From contig JBHHXT010000004.1 of NCBI GenBank assembly GCA_046757165.1, positions 1 through 64,000 of the forward strand: a stretch of DNA of 64,000 nucleotides, in the 5' to 3' direction. Under the pieces are notes generated by a model that was given only the letters and a program-made list of their open reading frames with translations, was not told the origin of the DNA and made no database searches. Shown here piece by piece: positions 31,346 to 40,261 of the stretch (positions within the stretch are counted from its first letter, which is position 1; the number at the start of each line of letters is the position of its first letter). The position numbers and the translations under genes are program-made. This DNA is from a bacterium (GTDB lineage: Bacteria > Zhuqueibacterota > Zhuqueibacteria > Oceanimicrobiales > Oceanimicrobiaceae).

Positions 31346-32638
31346 TCAAACTATTAGCTTGCGACCCTTCTCGATGTCCTTGCGGGTTACTTTCCTCTCC
31401 TTGATCTTTGCACGCTCCTCGAGAAAATCCAGGATCTTCTCTTCCAGAACATCTTCCTCAAACCGGGCCTGCGCTTTTCGCTTCTGCAAAGATTGCTTGA
31501 TTTCTCTCTCTGTGACACCCCGTTCGCCTGCGATGCGGGCGATCAGCCTGTTTTTGTCCTCCTCGGTGGTCGTAATGTTTTCGACCTCCTGTAATTTGTC
31601 CTTCACCAGCTCCCATTTGATGTTCCAGACGGTAGTCGGACGATACTGATCTCGCAAGGCCGCCTCATCGAACGGTTCGCTCGAATCCTTTCTCGCGCCT
31701 TCGACCAGAACGTCCAGGTAGTTCGTGACCATGGACTCGGGCAGGTCAAAGGGATTCTTCTTCAGCAGCTCATCGATCAATCGCTGCCGCATAGTGCGTC
31801 GTGCACTCGCTTGCGATTGCAGCTCCAACCTGGCACGGATATTCTCTTTCAACTGGTCAAGGGTCTCGAAGTCACTGACATCCTTTGCTAGTTCATCGTC
31901 AAGTTCAGGTAGCCGCTTCGATTTTATTTCTTTAACATTGACCTCATAAAGAGCGGTCTCCCCCTTATTGCCGTTGGCATCCACTGAGTCGAGCTGCACC
32001 CGCCGTGTCTCGCCCGGCTTCACGCCTATCAATTGATCAGAGAGGTCTCTGCTCTGGTCCAACGTGCTCAAGTGTATGAGACGATCTTCAAATTTCCTGC
32101 CGATGATCGGGAGGCCGGTTGTGTCGACTTGTTGAAAATCAGCGACAACAAAGTGATCCTCTTGCGCGGCTTCTTCCACTGGCTCCATGGTCGCCACGCG
32201 CTCCCGGTACTCTTCCAGCGCCTGCGCTACATCCTGGTCATCTATCTGATACGTTTCACGTTCAACAGCAAGACCTGTGTAGGTCTTGAGTTCGATGTCC
32301 GGCACGACTTCAACAACGGCCTTGAAATGCAGGCCGCTGACGGGATCATAATTGACATCCTGCAGTTTCGCGGGTGCGATGGGCCGCAGCCCCTCCTTAT
32401 CCCGGACCTCACGGAAGACACTCTGCACAACATCGTCGAGGGCCTCGCTCTTGATGGAATCCCCGTAGAGCTTCTTGATGAGGCTCAACGGCACCTTGCC
32501 CTTGCGAAATCCCTGTAATCTCAACTTCTTTTGATACTTTTGGTAGGCCTCGTCAAAATGGGGGGTCAACTCGTCTTCAGGGACATCAACTTCAACGATT
32601 CTCTCGAAAGTCCCGTTTTTGGTAACAGTCGCTTCCAA
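31346..32638 (-). CDS. tig: Trigger factor
   Basis: GFRKGKVP ribosome-binding motif; tig-clpP-clpX gene order. Confidence 0.95.
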   Translation of the reverse strand: MEATVTKNGTFERIVEVDVPEDELTPHFDEAYQKYQKKLRLQGFRKGKVPLSLIKKLYGDSIKSEALDDVVQSVFREVRDKEGLRPIAPAKLQDVNYDPVSGLHFKAVVEVVPDIELKTYTGLAVERETYQIDDQDVAQALEEYRERVATMEPVEEAAQEDHFVVADFQQVDTTGLPIIGRKFEDRLIHLSTLDQSRDLSDQLIGVKPGETRRVQLDSVDANGNKGETALYEVNVKEIKSKRLPELDDELAKDVSDFETLDQLKENIRARLELQSQASARRTMRQRLIDELLKKNPFDLPESMVTNYLDVLVEGARKDSSEPFDEAALRDQYRPTTVWNIKWELVKDKLQEVENITTTEEDKNRLIARIAGERGVTEREIKQSLQKRKAQARFEEDVLEEKILDFLEERAKIKERKVTRKDIEKGRKLIV

Positions 32639-32757
32639 ATTCCCTAAATGTGGGTTTAGTTCATCAAAAAAGGGCTAACTGGTGTTTGAATGAGAAACTC
32701 GATCCTGGTTATTACGATACTCGCATCGTTTTCATTCACCCACTATCAAAAACAAAG

Positions 32758-32840
32758 TGCGAGAGGAGGGACTCGAACCCACACGAGCCAAGCTCACTAG
32801 ATCCTAAATCTAGCGCGTCTGCCAATTCCGCCACTCTCGC
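32758..32840 (-). tRNA. tRNA-Leu (anticodon TAG); CCA not encoded
   Basis: GCGAGAGTGGCGGAATTGGCAGACGCG-CTAGA-TTTAGGA-TCTAG-variable arm-GGTTCGAGTCC-CTCTCGCA cloverleaf. Confidence 0.97.
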
Positions 32841-32851
32841 ATCGAGTGTCG

Positions 32852-32880
32852 AATATAGAGATTTTTCAAATCAAAGTCAA
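32852..32880 (-). promoter_or_regulatory. sigma70-type promoter for tRNA-Leu/tig
   Basis: TTGACT-17 nt-TATATT, 11 nt upstream of the tRNA. Confidence 0.7.
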
Positions 32881-32921
32881 TACAATATTTGGCACGCGCT
32901 GGCCACGCGCTGCGTGCAAAA

Positions 32922-34922
32922 CTAGGTCATGCCCGCCGCTGTTTCAGCGGCTTTGGCTGCACTCGTTTGCACAGGTAGCTCGAGGACAAAGGTGGCGCCA
33001 CGCTCAGGGGCATCCTCGACATACAGCCTGCCCCGATGACTCTGCACGATACCAAAACACATACTCAGCCCCAGTCCCGTTCCATCGCCGACTTCTTTGG
33101 TGGTGAAGAACGGATCGAATAGTCTCCGCCTGTTCTCCGCTGGAATCCCGACCCCGTTGTCAGTGATTCTTAAACGAATCGTACCAGATCCTCTTTCTGT
33201 ACTGAGCCTCAGGCACTTTTTCAGGGTTCCATTTGCTTTGAGGGCCTCCCTCGCGTTGTTGAGCAAGTGCAGGATGACTTGCTGCAACTGATCATAATCC
33301 CCCAGGACCTCAGCCAGCGAGGCGGCCAGGTCCCGCGTGACTTCAATGCCCTCCGCGTGAAGTTGATACGCTCGCGACTCCAGCACACTCGCCACCAGTT
33401 TATTGAAATCTATGAGCTGTTGCTTGCTCCTTTGCTTGCGCGCGAATGTGAGCAGGTTCTTGACAATCTCGTGGCACCGCTTCGCCTCTTTTTGAATCAC
33501 CCCGATATCGCGGCGCACGCTGTCTTGCAAGTCCTCTTCCAGCAGAAGCTGCGTGTACCCCAGGATCCCGGCCAGCGGGTTGTTCAGCTCGTGTGCAGCA
33601 CCCGCGATCATCTGCCCGAGAGCCGAGAGTTTCTCCGCCTGAATCAGCTGACTCTGCAACTGTACAATCCGGGAAATATCCTTGATGACCAGCAAGAACT
33701 CCTCCCGTCCGCGTAAGGCAGACTGTGAAATCAAACAGCTCATTGCCGTCCCGTCCGGTCTAACCATCTCCGCTTCATACACAGATGCTTTCCCAGATTT
33801 CAGCTCGTGCAGTTTTTCATGATAGCAGGCTCTGGACGACTCGGCCAGAAAGTCAGCAAACGTCCGATCCAGGATGTTACCCGCGGGGCCGTACGTTTTT
33901 GCAAACCGGTCGTTATGGAAACGAATGACGCCCTCACCGTCAATTGTGATGATCAGGTCAAGCGAGCTGTGGAGAACGTCCTCCAACTGTCTTTTCAGCT
34001 TATCCGTCTCCGAGTACAAGTTGGCGTTTACGATTGCCGTACTAATCTGATTTGAGATTGAGGAAAGCAGATTCAACCGTCGCTCTGTGAAGAATTTGCG
34101 CACTTTGCTGCCAGCCATGAACATTCCTAACAACCTGCCCTGATGCAACAACGGGAGAGCCATGAAAGCACACAAATCCTGAGCAACAAGGTCGGCAAAA
34201 AATGCCGAGTTATTTGCCCACAGGTCGTCTATGATGCATCGGCTGTTGTTCAAGATGGCGTCTCTGAGACGCTCGGTCGTATCGACGTCAATGCGATTGA
34301 GCGCCTGAATCTCCTTGAAGGCCCCAATGCCAGTGCGAATCATGAGAACATTTGCTGGCCGGTCCAGAAGATAGACCGCCACTGCCCGCAGATCCAGGGT
34401 TTGAGCAATTTTGTCCACGGCGTTCTGCAAAATCTCGTCCAGAATCAACGACTGATTCAAGCCTTCGGTGACAGAATGGAGAACCTGCAATTCTTTATTT
34501 CGCTGGCGCATCTCAGCCTCAATCCGCCGCTTCTCCTGGTACATTTGGAATTTCTGCAGGACGCGCGCCACCACTTCTGGTAAGTTTTCTGGAAAGTCAT
34601 GAGATTTCACAACATAATCAAAAGCGCCTGCTTTCATGGCGTCAACGGCGACCTGCTCATGCCCATGGCCCGTCACCAAAACAATGGGGACCTCTGCAGA
34701 CTCGTCTTTCCTGAGACGCTTCAGAATGGCCAACCCGTCCTCGTTGGGCAAATGATAATCCAGCAGCACGATGTCGAATTGCCGGTGCCTTAGAAGCTGA
34801 AGACACTTCTCGGGCGTCTCCAGGGTGGTGACCGACATATTCTTTGTCTCCAGGTACGTGCGAGCGAGTAAGGCATGGTCTGGATTGTCTTCGATAATTA
34901 GAACTTTGATCTGGGGTTTCAT
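32922..34922 (-). CDS. Cytoplasmic REC-GAF-PAS histidine kinase
   Basis: N-terminal receiver (IED, LDYHLP), GAF, PAS, AHELNNPL H-box, N box, DNGVG, FFTTK, GTGLGL. Start MKPQIK. Confidence 0.93.
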   Translation of the reverse strand: MKPQIKVLIIEDNPDHALLARTYLETKNMSVTTLETPEKCLQLLRHRQFDIVLLDYHLPNEDGLAILKRLRKDESAEVPIVLVTGHGHEQVAVDAMKAGAFDYVVKSHDFPENLPEVVARVLQKFQMYQEKRRIEAEMRQRNKELQVLHSVTEGLNQSLILDEILQNAVDKIAQTLDLRAVAVYLLDRPANVLMIRTGIGAFKEIQALNRIDVDTTERLRDAILNNSRCIIDDLWANNSAFFADLVAQDLCAFMALPLLHQGRLLGMFMAGSKVRKFFTERRLNLLSSISNQISTAIVNANLYSETDKLKRQLEDVLHSSLDLIITIDGEGVIRFHNDRFAKTYGPAGNILDRTFADFLAESSRACYHEKLHELKSGKASVYEAEMVRPDGTAMSCLISQSALRGREEFLLVIKDISRIVQLQSQLIQAEKLSALGQMIAGAAHELNNPLAGILGYTQLLLEEDLQDSVRRDIGVIQKEAKRCHEIVKNLLTFARKQRSKQQLIDFNKLVASVLESRAYQLHAEGIEVTRDLAASLAEVLGDYDQLQQVILHLLNNAREALKANGTLKKCLRLSTERGSGTIRLRITDNGVGIPAENRRRLFDPFFTTKEVGDGTGLGLSMCFGIVQSHRGRLYVEDAPERGATFVLELPVQTSAAKAAETAAGMT

Positions 34923-35097
34923 GATTTTGGCCCTGGAATAGCGTGTCTTTAAGAGGTGCGGTAACACAAGAAGCGAGGATGAATTCACGCCATGAGGCGT
35001 TGAGCAACGGATATAATATAAAGGGAGAAAGTTACGAAACAAGTGCTTTCACAACTCTTAAGGTTTTTTAATATTGGCAGGCGGGCAAAAACTAACC

Positions 35098-35133
35098 GGG
35101 ATTTTCCCATAAATCCTTTTATGAGAAAATCCC
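35098..35133 (-). terminator. 16-bp hairpin downstream of the sigma54 promoter
   Basis: GGGATTTTCTCATAAA-AGGA-TTTATGGGAAAATCCC followed by ggttagTTTTT on the minus strand. Confidence 0.55.
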
Positions 35134-35231
35134 AGCATCAGAAGAGTCAAGAATAGCGGTCCCTTTCCACATGGACTCAACTGATTGTTCATGAATCTAC
35201 ATCCGTGTCAGATTCAGTTACGCTCTGTTTC

Positions 35232-35246
35232 GCAACTTCCGTGCCA
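35232..35246 (-). promoter_or_regulatory. sigma54 (-24/-12) promoter
   Basis: TGGCACGGAAGTTGC, an exact match to TGGCAC-N5-TTGC. Confidence 0.8.
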
Positions 35247-35985
35247 TTGGGAAATAATTTCCCTAACCTGTTATTCCCAAGCCGGAACCAAAAGGGGCTT
35301 TGAAAAGTTTTGAAAAAAATCTGTCGCTATAACTTACATAATAGCGTCATCAGTAGCCCTGAGTTGTAAAGTCTTGCCGAAAAACGGCAAGACTTTACAC
35401 TATGCTTTCTACCAGGATTTTGACCTGTCACAATGCGCAACGAAGGTGTTTGTTCCACGTACAATGTATCAAACATGATACACCCATGTCGAAAAAGTCG
35501 ACTTTTTGTGCCCTTTGTTGAGAGAAAAGTAAAGAAACCGTAGTCTTTAGAACAAAGGTTTGAATGTGACAGGGAAATCATTTTTGAATCTTTGAACCTT
35601 TCGAGTCGTGATGATGTGCGGACGTGACGCAACGCGTCAGGTGCGCTCCAGCGAGAGCGCGGCCAGACTGCATTCTCGGGCCACCCGAGGCAGGAGGCCA
35701 CGGGTGGCCGACATTGTCGATTTTGCGCGAACGTCATGGGAAACTACCAGATGGCAATTGCTGACATCCTTTCCCCTATCCGGTTTTCCTCTGTGAGTCT
35801 TATCCTGACCGGATTCTTCAGAGCCGCTCAATGCCAGCATGAAGGCATTGAGTGGCTCCTTTATTCGCTGATGACTCCAAGTCTATCCTTCAAAGAGAAT
35901 GGAATTTCTGGTCTGCCCCCGGTCAATCGCTAAACCCTTGCACTCTCTTCCCGGGTATGTTCCTCTGCCCATGGGATTCGCATAT

Positions 35986-36024
35986 GCCGCCTGATGTTAG
36001 GGAGACACATCGGGCGGCTTTTTT
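35986..36024 (+). terminator. Intrinsic terminator oriented for a + strand transcript
   Basis: GCCGCCTGATGT-9 nt-ACATCGGGCGGC-TTTTTT. Confidence 0.7.
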
Positions 36025-36028
36025 CGGG

Positions 36029-36412
36029 TTAGAAGGCGATCTTTTCGATAGTCTTGATCAGTGAATTGGTGAGTCCTCGATAGGAGGTTCTTGGTGGGAC
36101 AACAATCGCCAGAACAACATCCTGGTTAAAGGCATGGAAGAATCTGAACACGATCTTTCGCTTGTTAAACCCCTCCACGACCATTTCCTTCATGTTGGAG
36201 ATCTTTCCCATGACGTCGGCCATTTTCTTGACCTCTCGTAACAAAAAGGACAGCTCAGCCAGACGGTCGCTTTCAATAATCTCATCGCTGTAGTGGCCGG
36301 CCAGGGGAAGTCCCTCATTCGAAAAGAGATGCACCATGTCATAATTTCCGCGCTCGATGATTCGACGCATCTTTTCTTCGATCACAGTTTGGGCTGACAA
36401 ATTGCGGGTCAT
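36029..36412 (-). CDS. Divergent roadblock/profilin-like protein, third gene of the mgl locus
   Basis: LFSNEGLPLA motif and a roadblock-like helix/strand pattern; 13 nt after mglA. Confidence 0.6.
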   Translation of the reverse strand: MTRNLSAQTVIEEKMRRIIERGNYDMVHLFSNEGLPLAGHYSDEIIESDRLAELSFLLREVKKMADVMGKISNMKEMVVEGFNKRKIVFRFFHAFNQDVVLAIVVPPRTSYRGLTNSLIKTIEKIAF

Positions 36413-36425
36413 GAGGTTCTTTTGT

Positions 36426-37010
36426 TCAAACGTAGATGGTTATTCTCTCGACAACGTTGGTGATGACACTTCTTAGAGTGTTGAGCACTTCAATCCCTTC
36501 GGTTGCTACGGCTTCGAAATAGTCCGTGCCAAAAAAATTGAGTTTGGATTGTAACGTGCTGATGGATTCGACATCAGGCAAGTCGCGTTTGTTGTATTGA
36601 ATCACCCAGGGAAAATTCTGCAGCGAGTATCCCCTTTCAATCAGATTCTTTTCCAAGTCCAGCAACGAATCCAAGTTCTCACCCATTCGTTTCTTTTGCG
36701 AATCCGCCACAAAAACGATGCCGTCGACACCTCTCAGAATAATCTTACGGCTGAATTTGTAGTATACCTGTCCGGGCACCGTATAGAGATTGAAGCGTGG
36801 TTTCTTGCCTTTGATCCGGCCCAACTCCAGCTGCATAAAGTCAAAGTACAGTGTTCGCTCTTCCCGGGTGTCGAGCGTCACCAACTCGCTCCGCAAGGCG
36901 GGGTCGAGCCGCCGGTAAATAAATTCCAGGTTGGTTGTTTTGCCGCTCAAACCGGGACCGTAGTAGACAATCTTGAGGTTCAGCTCCTGCAGCGCTTGGT
37001 TTATGAACAT
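36426..37010 (-). CDS. mglA: MglA-family small Ras-like GTPase
   Basis: YYGPGLSGKTTN, ERTLYFDF, TVPGQ, FVADS and QYNKRD motifs. Confidence 0.93.
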   Translation of the reverse strand: MFINQALQELNLKIVYYGPGLSGKTTNLEFIYRRLDPALRSELVTLDTREERTLYFDFMQLELGRIKGKKPRFNLYTVPGQVYYKFSRKIILRGVDGIVFVADSQKKRMGENLDSLLDLEKNLIERGYSLQNFPWVIQYNKRDLPDVESISTLQSKLNFFGTDYFEAVATEGIEVLNTLRSVITNVVERITIYV

Positions 37011-37022
37011 CTCGCGACAAGC

Positions 37023-37532
37023 TCAAAACTTCAAAGAACGGTTGAGCTCCTCATTGAGCAGATCCTTGAATTCTACATCCAGAAACTGCTTGGACTTGTC
37101 CTCATCTTCTTTGACGGTGTGGAGAATATGGTTTAACGACTCGATCGTCTTTCTGGTATAGATGCGGATCATGCCGAGCGCGACCTGAATATCAAAAAGC
37201 ACCAGCAGAAGAAAGTTGAATCCGACATTCGAGATATACAAATTGGTCTGTTCGCCTTCATGAAATAAGTACTTGAAGGCGTTCTTTTCGCCCAGCAAAG
37301 ACGCCATTTTCGCGGTCGCGGAAAAGTTGCTCGCGGCCAGCGAAGAGATGACCGGTAGCTCCAGCCCTTTCGTGTCCCCGACGTGGGTGACGGGATAGCC
37401 GTTGGATTCACAGAAAATGATGCAGTCCGCACCTGTGTTCGCGGCCAGGTCAGCAATGAATTGGGTGACCTGGTTGTAGATGTCTTCGGAGAGGATCAGC
37501 TTCTGACCGTCGTCACGATCGAATGTGTCCAT
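37023..37532 (-). CDS. mglB: MglB-family roadblock/LC7 protein (GAP of MglA)
   Basis: SLAASNFSAT..LLGE..F..LFHEGE..LGMIR; adjacent to mglA; GGAGG RBS before MDTFD. Confidence 0.88.
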   Translation of the reverse strand: MDTFDRDDGQKLILSEDIYNQVTQFIADLAANTGADCIIFCESNGYPVTHVGDTKGLELPVISSLAASNFSATAKMASLLGEKNAFKYLFHEGEQTNLYISNVGFNFLLLVLFDIQVALGMIRIYTRKTIESLNHILHTVKEDEDKSKQFLDVEFKDLLNEELNRSLKF

Positions 37533-37584
37533 AACAACCTCCCTGAACAAAACTCATTTTGGTGTTTCGCAAGCGGGCCTCGCT

Positions 37585-38313
37585 CTACTGACCGATTTCC
37601 AGCCGTTCCGCCAGAAAGTCCGGCAAACTCGACGCCCTGATCTTGCGTTGCGTTTCGGCGATGTCATACTCCACGCGAAAAAGCTCAAATACATTTTCGA
37701 CGCAATTAAAGATACCGAAAGAAGAACGGGGATTCAGGTCGCGTGGTTGGCCAACGCTGCCGACGTTGATAATATAACGGAGACCATCTTCAAGGCGCAA
37801 AGGGTTTTCCTTGACAACGCGGCAACTGTCTTTCTCATCTAATGAGATGACCATCGGCACGTGGGAATGGCCAATAAAACAAACTTGGCTCTGAAACTCC
37901 GGGAAGTTCTTGACTGCATCTCCAATGGTAATGATGTAGTTCCATTCCTCAGGCTGGTTGGGGGTAGAATGAACGATGGTGAAGCCATCCACCTCCAGCT
38001 TGAGAGGCAAGCTCAACAAGAACTCCACGGACGAATCGAGCAGTTTTCCGCGAGTCCACTCGATAGCGGTGCGCGCCCACGGATTGAAGTATGAAATGTC
38101 GAGCTTACCTATCGGGGCGTAATCGTGATTGCCGGCGAGAATGACTTGTGCCCTTTGCCGAACAAGCTCAACGCATTCATTTGGATTCGGGCCATAGCCG
38201 ACAACATCACCCAAACAAAGGACCGAGTCCACACTCTGTCGTTCTATCTCGTCCAGGACGCTTTCGAGCGCCTCTAGGTTACCATGTATGTCGGAAATTA
38301 TTGCGTACTTCAT
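37585..38313 (-). CDS. Metallophosphoesterase (calcineurin-like)
   Basis: SDIHGN, GDVVG, GNHD, GHSH and NVGSVGQPRD motifs. Confidence 0.93.
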   Translation of the reverse strand: MKYAIISDIHGNLEALESVLDEIERQSVDSVLCLGDVVGYGPNPNECVELVRQRAQVILAGNHDYAPIGKLDISYFNPWARTAIEWTRGKLLDSSVEFLLSLPLKLEVDGFTIVHSTPNQPEEWNYIITIGDAVKNFPEFQSQVCFIGHSHVPMVISLDEKDSCRVVKENPLRLEDGLRYIINVGSVGQPRDLNPRSSFGIFNCVENVFELFRVEYDIAETQRKIRASSLPDFLAERLEIGQ

Positions 38314-38347
38314 GTAAATGGCTCTGCAGACACCCCTAAATTTATCA

Positions 38348-38376
38348 AATATACAATTTATATGATCCGTTTGCAA
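38348..38376 (-). promoter_or_regulatory. sigma70-type promoter for the phosphoesterase-mgl operon
   Basis: TTGCAA-17 nt-TATATT. Confidence 0.55.
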
Positions 38377-38541
38377 GTACATTCTTTGAGGGCTGACTGT
38401 TGGGACAAAAGCCGTGATGTCGCGAGCGAAGAGCAGCCAGATATGGCCCGCTGCGACGAGAGTCTATCAGATAGGGAGCAGCGCTTCTGGTGGGAAGTCA
38501 TTCTGCGCCAGGGGGAAAACAAACGTGGAGTTTTTCCCACG

Positions 38542-39867
38542 CTAATGCAAAGTAAAACCCTGTTCGCGGGAATTGACGGTCTTCAGCAGTTGAAAAGTCC
38601 CCATTCCCCAATTATCTACGAAAATAAACTTGAGGTTGAGATTGCTGTAATTCCAGATCTCATAGAGCTTGGAGTTGGTTGACGAGGTCAGCCGGTCAAT
38701 TCTATCGGGTGGCCCATTTTCGATGTAGACTCTGCCCTGGTCCGTTTCCCAGCCATCAGTCGTGACGTCGTCAAAGTGAAAATTGGCGTAGTAGAGTCGC
38801 CTGAAATACTCATTCATCAGTTCGTTTCTTTCTGTCTCCGGAATCGGGTCCCGTGCTTTCCAGAACTTTTGCAGGCCCTCGAGCCTTTCTTCTTTTGGCA
38901 GAGACTTCAAATACTCGATCTCATAGTCTGAGGCCAGATAGCGCAATTGTCTCAACATCTTGGCATACTCTTCCTCGGAGAAAGCAGAAAGAAACTTCAC
39001 GATGTGGAAATATGCGACTTTGTGCTGTACTTGAAAATTATCCAGGTCCTGAACCTCCATCACCAGCCGATACTGCCCTGAGTCCAGGTCTTCTACGGGA
39101 ATGCCGACCCCAAACGCACCAGTCTCGCCGGGTTTATCGAATTGGTATTTCATGCGTTTGACCTCGCGGCCATACCGGTCAAGGATCGAATACGTGGCCA
39201 GGAAGGCGTTGGCAACGTTGTCGCGGTGCCGACTCAGATTATAGACTTCGGAATAGGCATACAGCTTCTTGCTTTCCATTCCAAACAGATGAGGCGGGTT
39301 AGGGATGATCTTCTTGTGGTTTTTCACAAGGACAGATTCTTCGTCGGAATCCGTGATGCTTGCCGCGATCTGGATGTCACTGATCAGCAGTCCAAGCTCC
39401 TGGTAGTCGGGAATGGTCAAGTCCCGGTTAAAACTGACATACCAATTCGTGTGTTGATCGGCCAGCTTGATGCGGGCGAGATAATCACCGGGCAAAACAT
39501 AGAACGCAAATCTGACCAGGTGCGAGGCCGGAATGTAAGAAACCCCGTCATCGTAGCTCACCTTCACGGAATCGGAAAAACTCAGACTATCGACACACTT
39601 ACTGTCGCCGTCCAACAGGTCGATCGCCAGTTGGTACTTCGCCAAAATCCCGTCGTCTGTATTGACGAAATGGAGATTCTCAGTGGGAATTTGACAGAAT
39701 ATTTCCAGGAACGTCTTGTTCTCACTGAAGGACTTGAACGTCAAAAAATCAAAATAATAGCTATTTGTTCGGATATCTTCTGATGGTGAAAGGGAGAACA
39801 GACTCCCGGGCGCCAAAAATAAGACGACAAAGATAAGAACGGCTCGCCATCCCTGCGAATTGTTCAT
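38542..39867 (-). CDS. GWxTD domain-containing secreted protein
   Basis: Signal peptide; FWKARDP..NE..EYFRR..AN; GWETDQGRVYI..GPP. Confidence 0.88.
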   Translation of the reverse strand: MNNSQGWRAVLIFVVLFLAPGSLFSLSPSEDIRTNSYYFDFLTFKSFSENKTFLEIFCQIPTENLHFVNTDDGILAKYQLAIDLLDGDSKCVDSLSFSDSVKVSYDDGVSYIPASHLVRFAFYVLPGDYLARIKLADQHTNWYVSFNRDLTIPDYQELGLLISDIQIAASITDSDEESVLVKNHKKIIPNPPHLFGMESKKLYAYSEVYNLSRHRDNVANAFLATYSILDRYGREVKRMKYQFDKPGETGAFGVGIPVEDLDSGQYRLVMEVQDLDNFQVQHKVAYFHIVKFLSAFSEEEYAKMLRQLRYLASDYEIEYLKSLPKEERLEGLQKFWKARDPIPETERNELMNEYFRRLYYANFHFDDVTTDGWETDQGRVYIENGPPDRIDRLTSSTNSKLYEIWNYSNLNLKFIFVDNWGMGTFQLLKTVNSREQGFTLH

Positions 39868-40261
39868 CGGTAACGCTCCTTGTTGCACGGTATGAATTGA
39901 TTACTGCTTCTGCTTCTGTTCTATCGTCTCATCTCTTGCAAAACGTGCAAGAAAATGAGAAGCAATATAGTCACATTCGGACTGCCCCAACTTTTCTTTA
40001 GAGAATACGAATGGTCTATATTTCTCTTTCGCAATAACTGTTCCAACCAAGGGCAATTTGCTCTTACATTTTGCTAACAGGGTAAGGGAAAAATTAATTG
40101 ATATTTAGTTATTACAATGGATTAACGGTGTTGCTGCCCTCCTGCAAGCATTGTATCATCTGGGAACATGTTGCCTATCAAGTGGGCAAAATTTGCACTC
40201 TATGTTATTGTTCTTGATTTTTTGCAAAGAAGGCAGAACAATTCCCTGAGCGATTTTTGCG

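Noticed and set aside
32890..32904. TGGCACGCGCTGGC as a sigma54 promoter
   Set aside because: The -12 element is off-consensus, it points into the 3' end of an antisense gene, and it is part of a GCACGC/GCGTGC hairpin.
35327..35737. 136-aa minus-strand ORF in the large intergenic region
   Set aside because: No clear RBS, atypical composition and no motif; treated as spurious.
35770..35830. GAGGAAAACCGG on the minus strand as the RNase P RNA core
   Set aside because: It does not match GAGGAAAGUCC and no P4 partner strand was seen.
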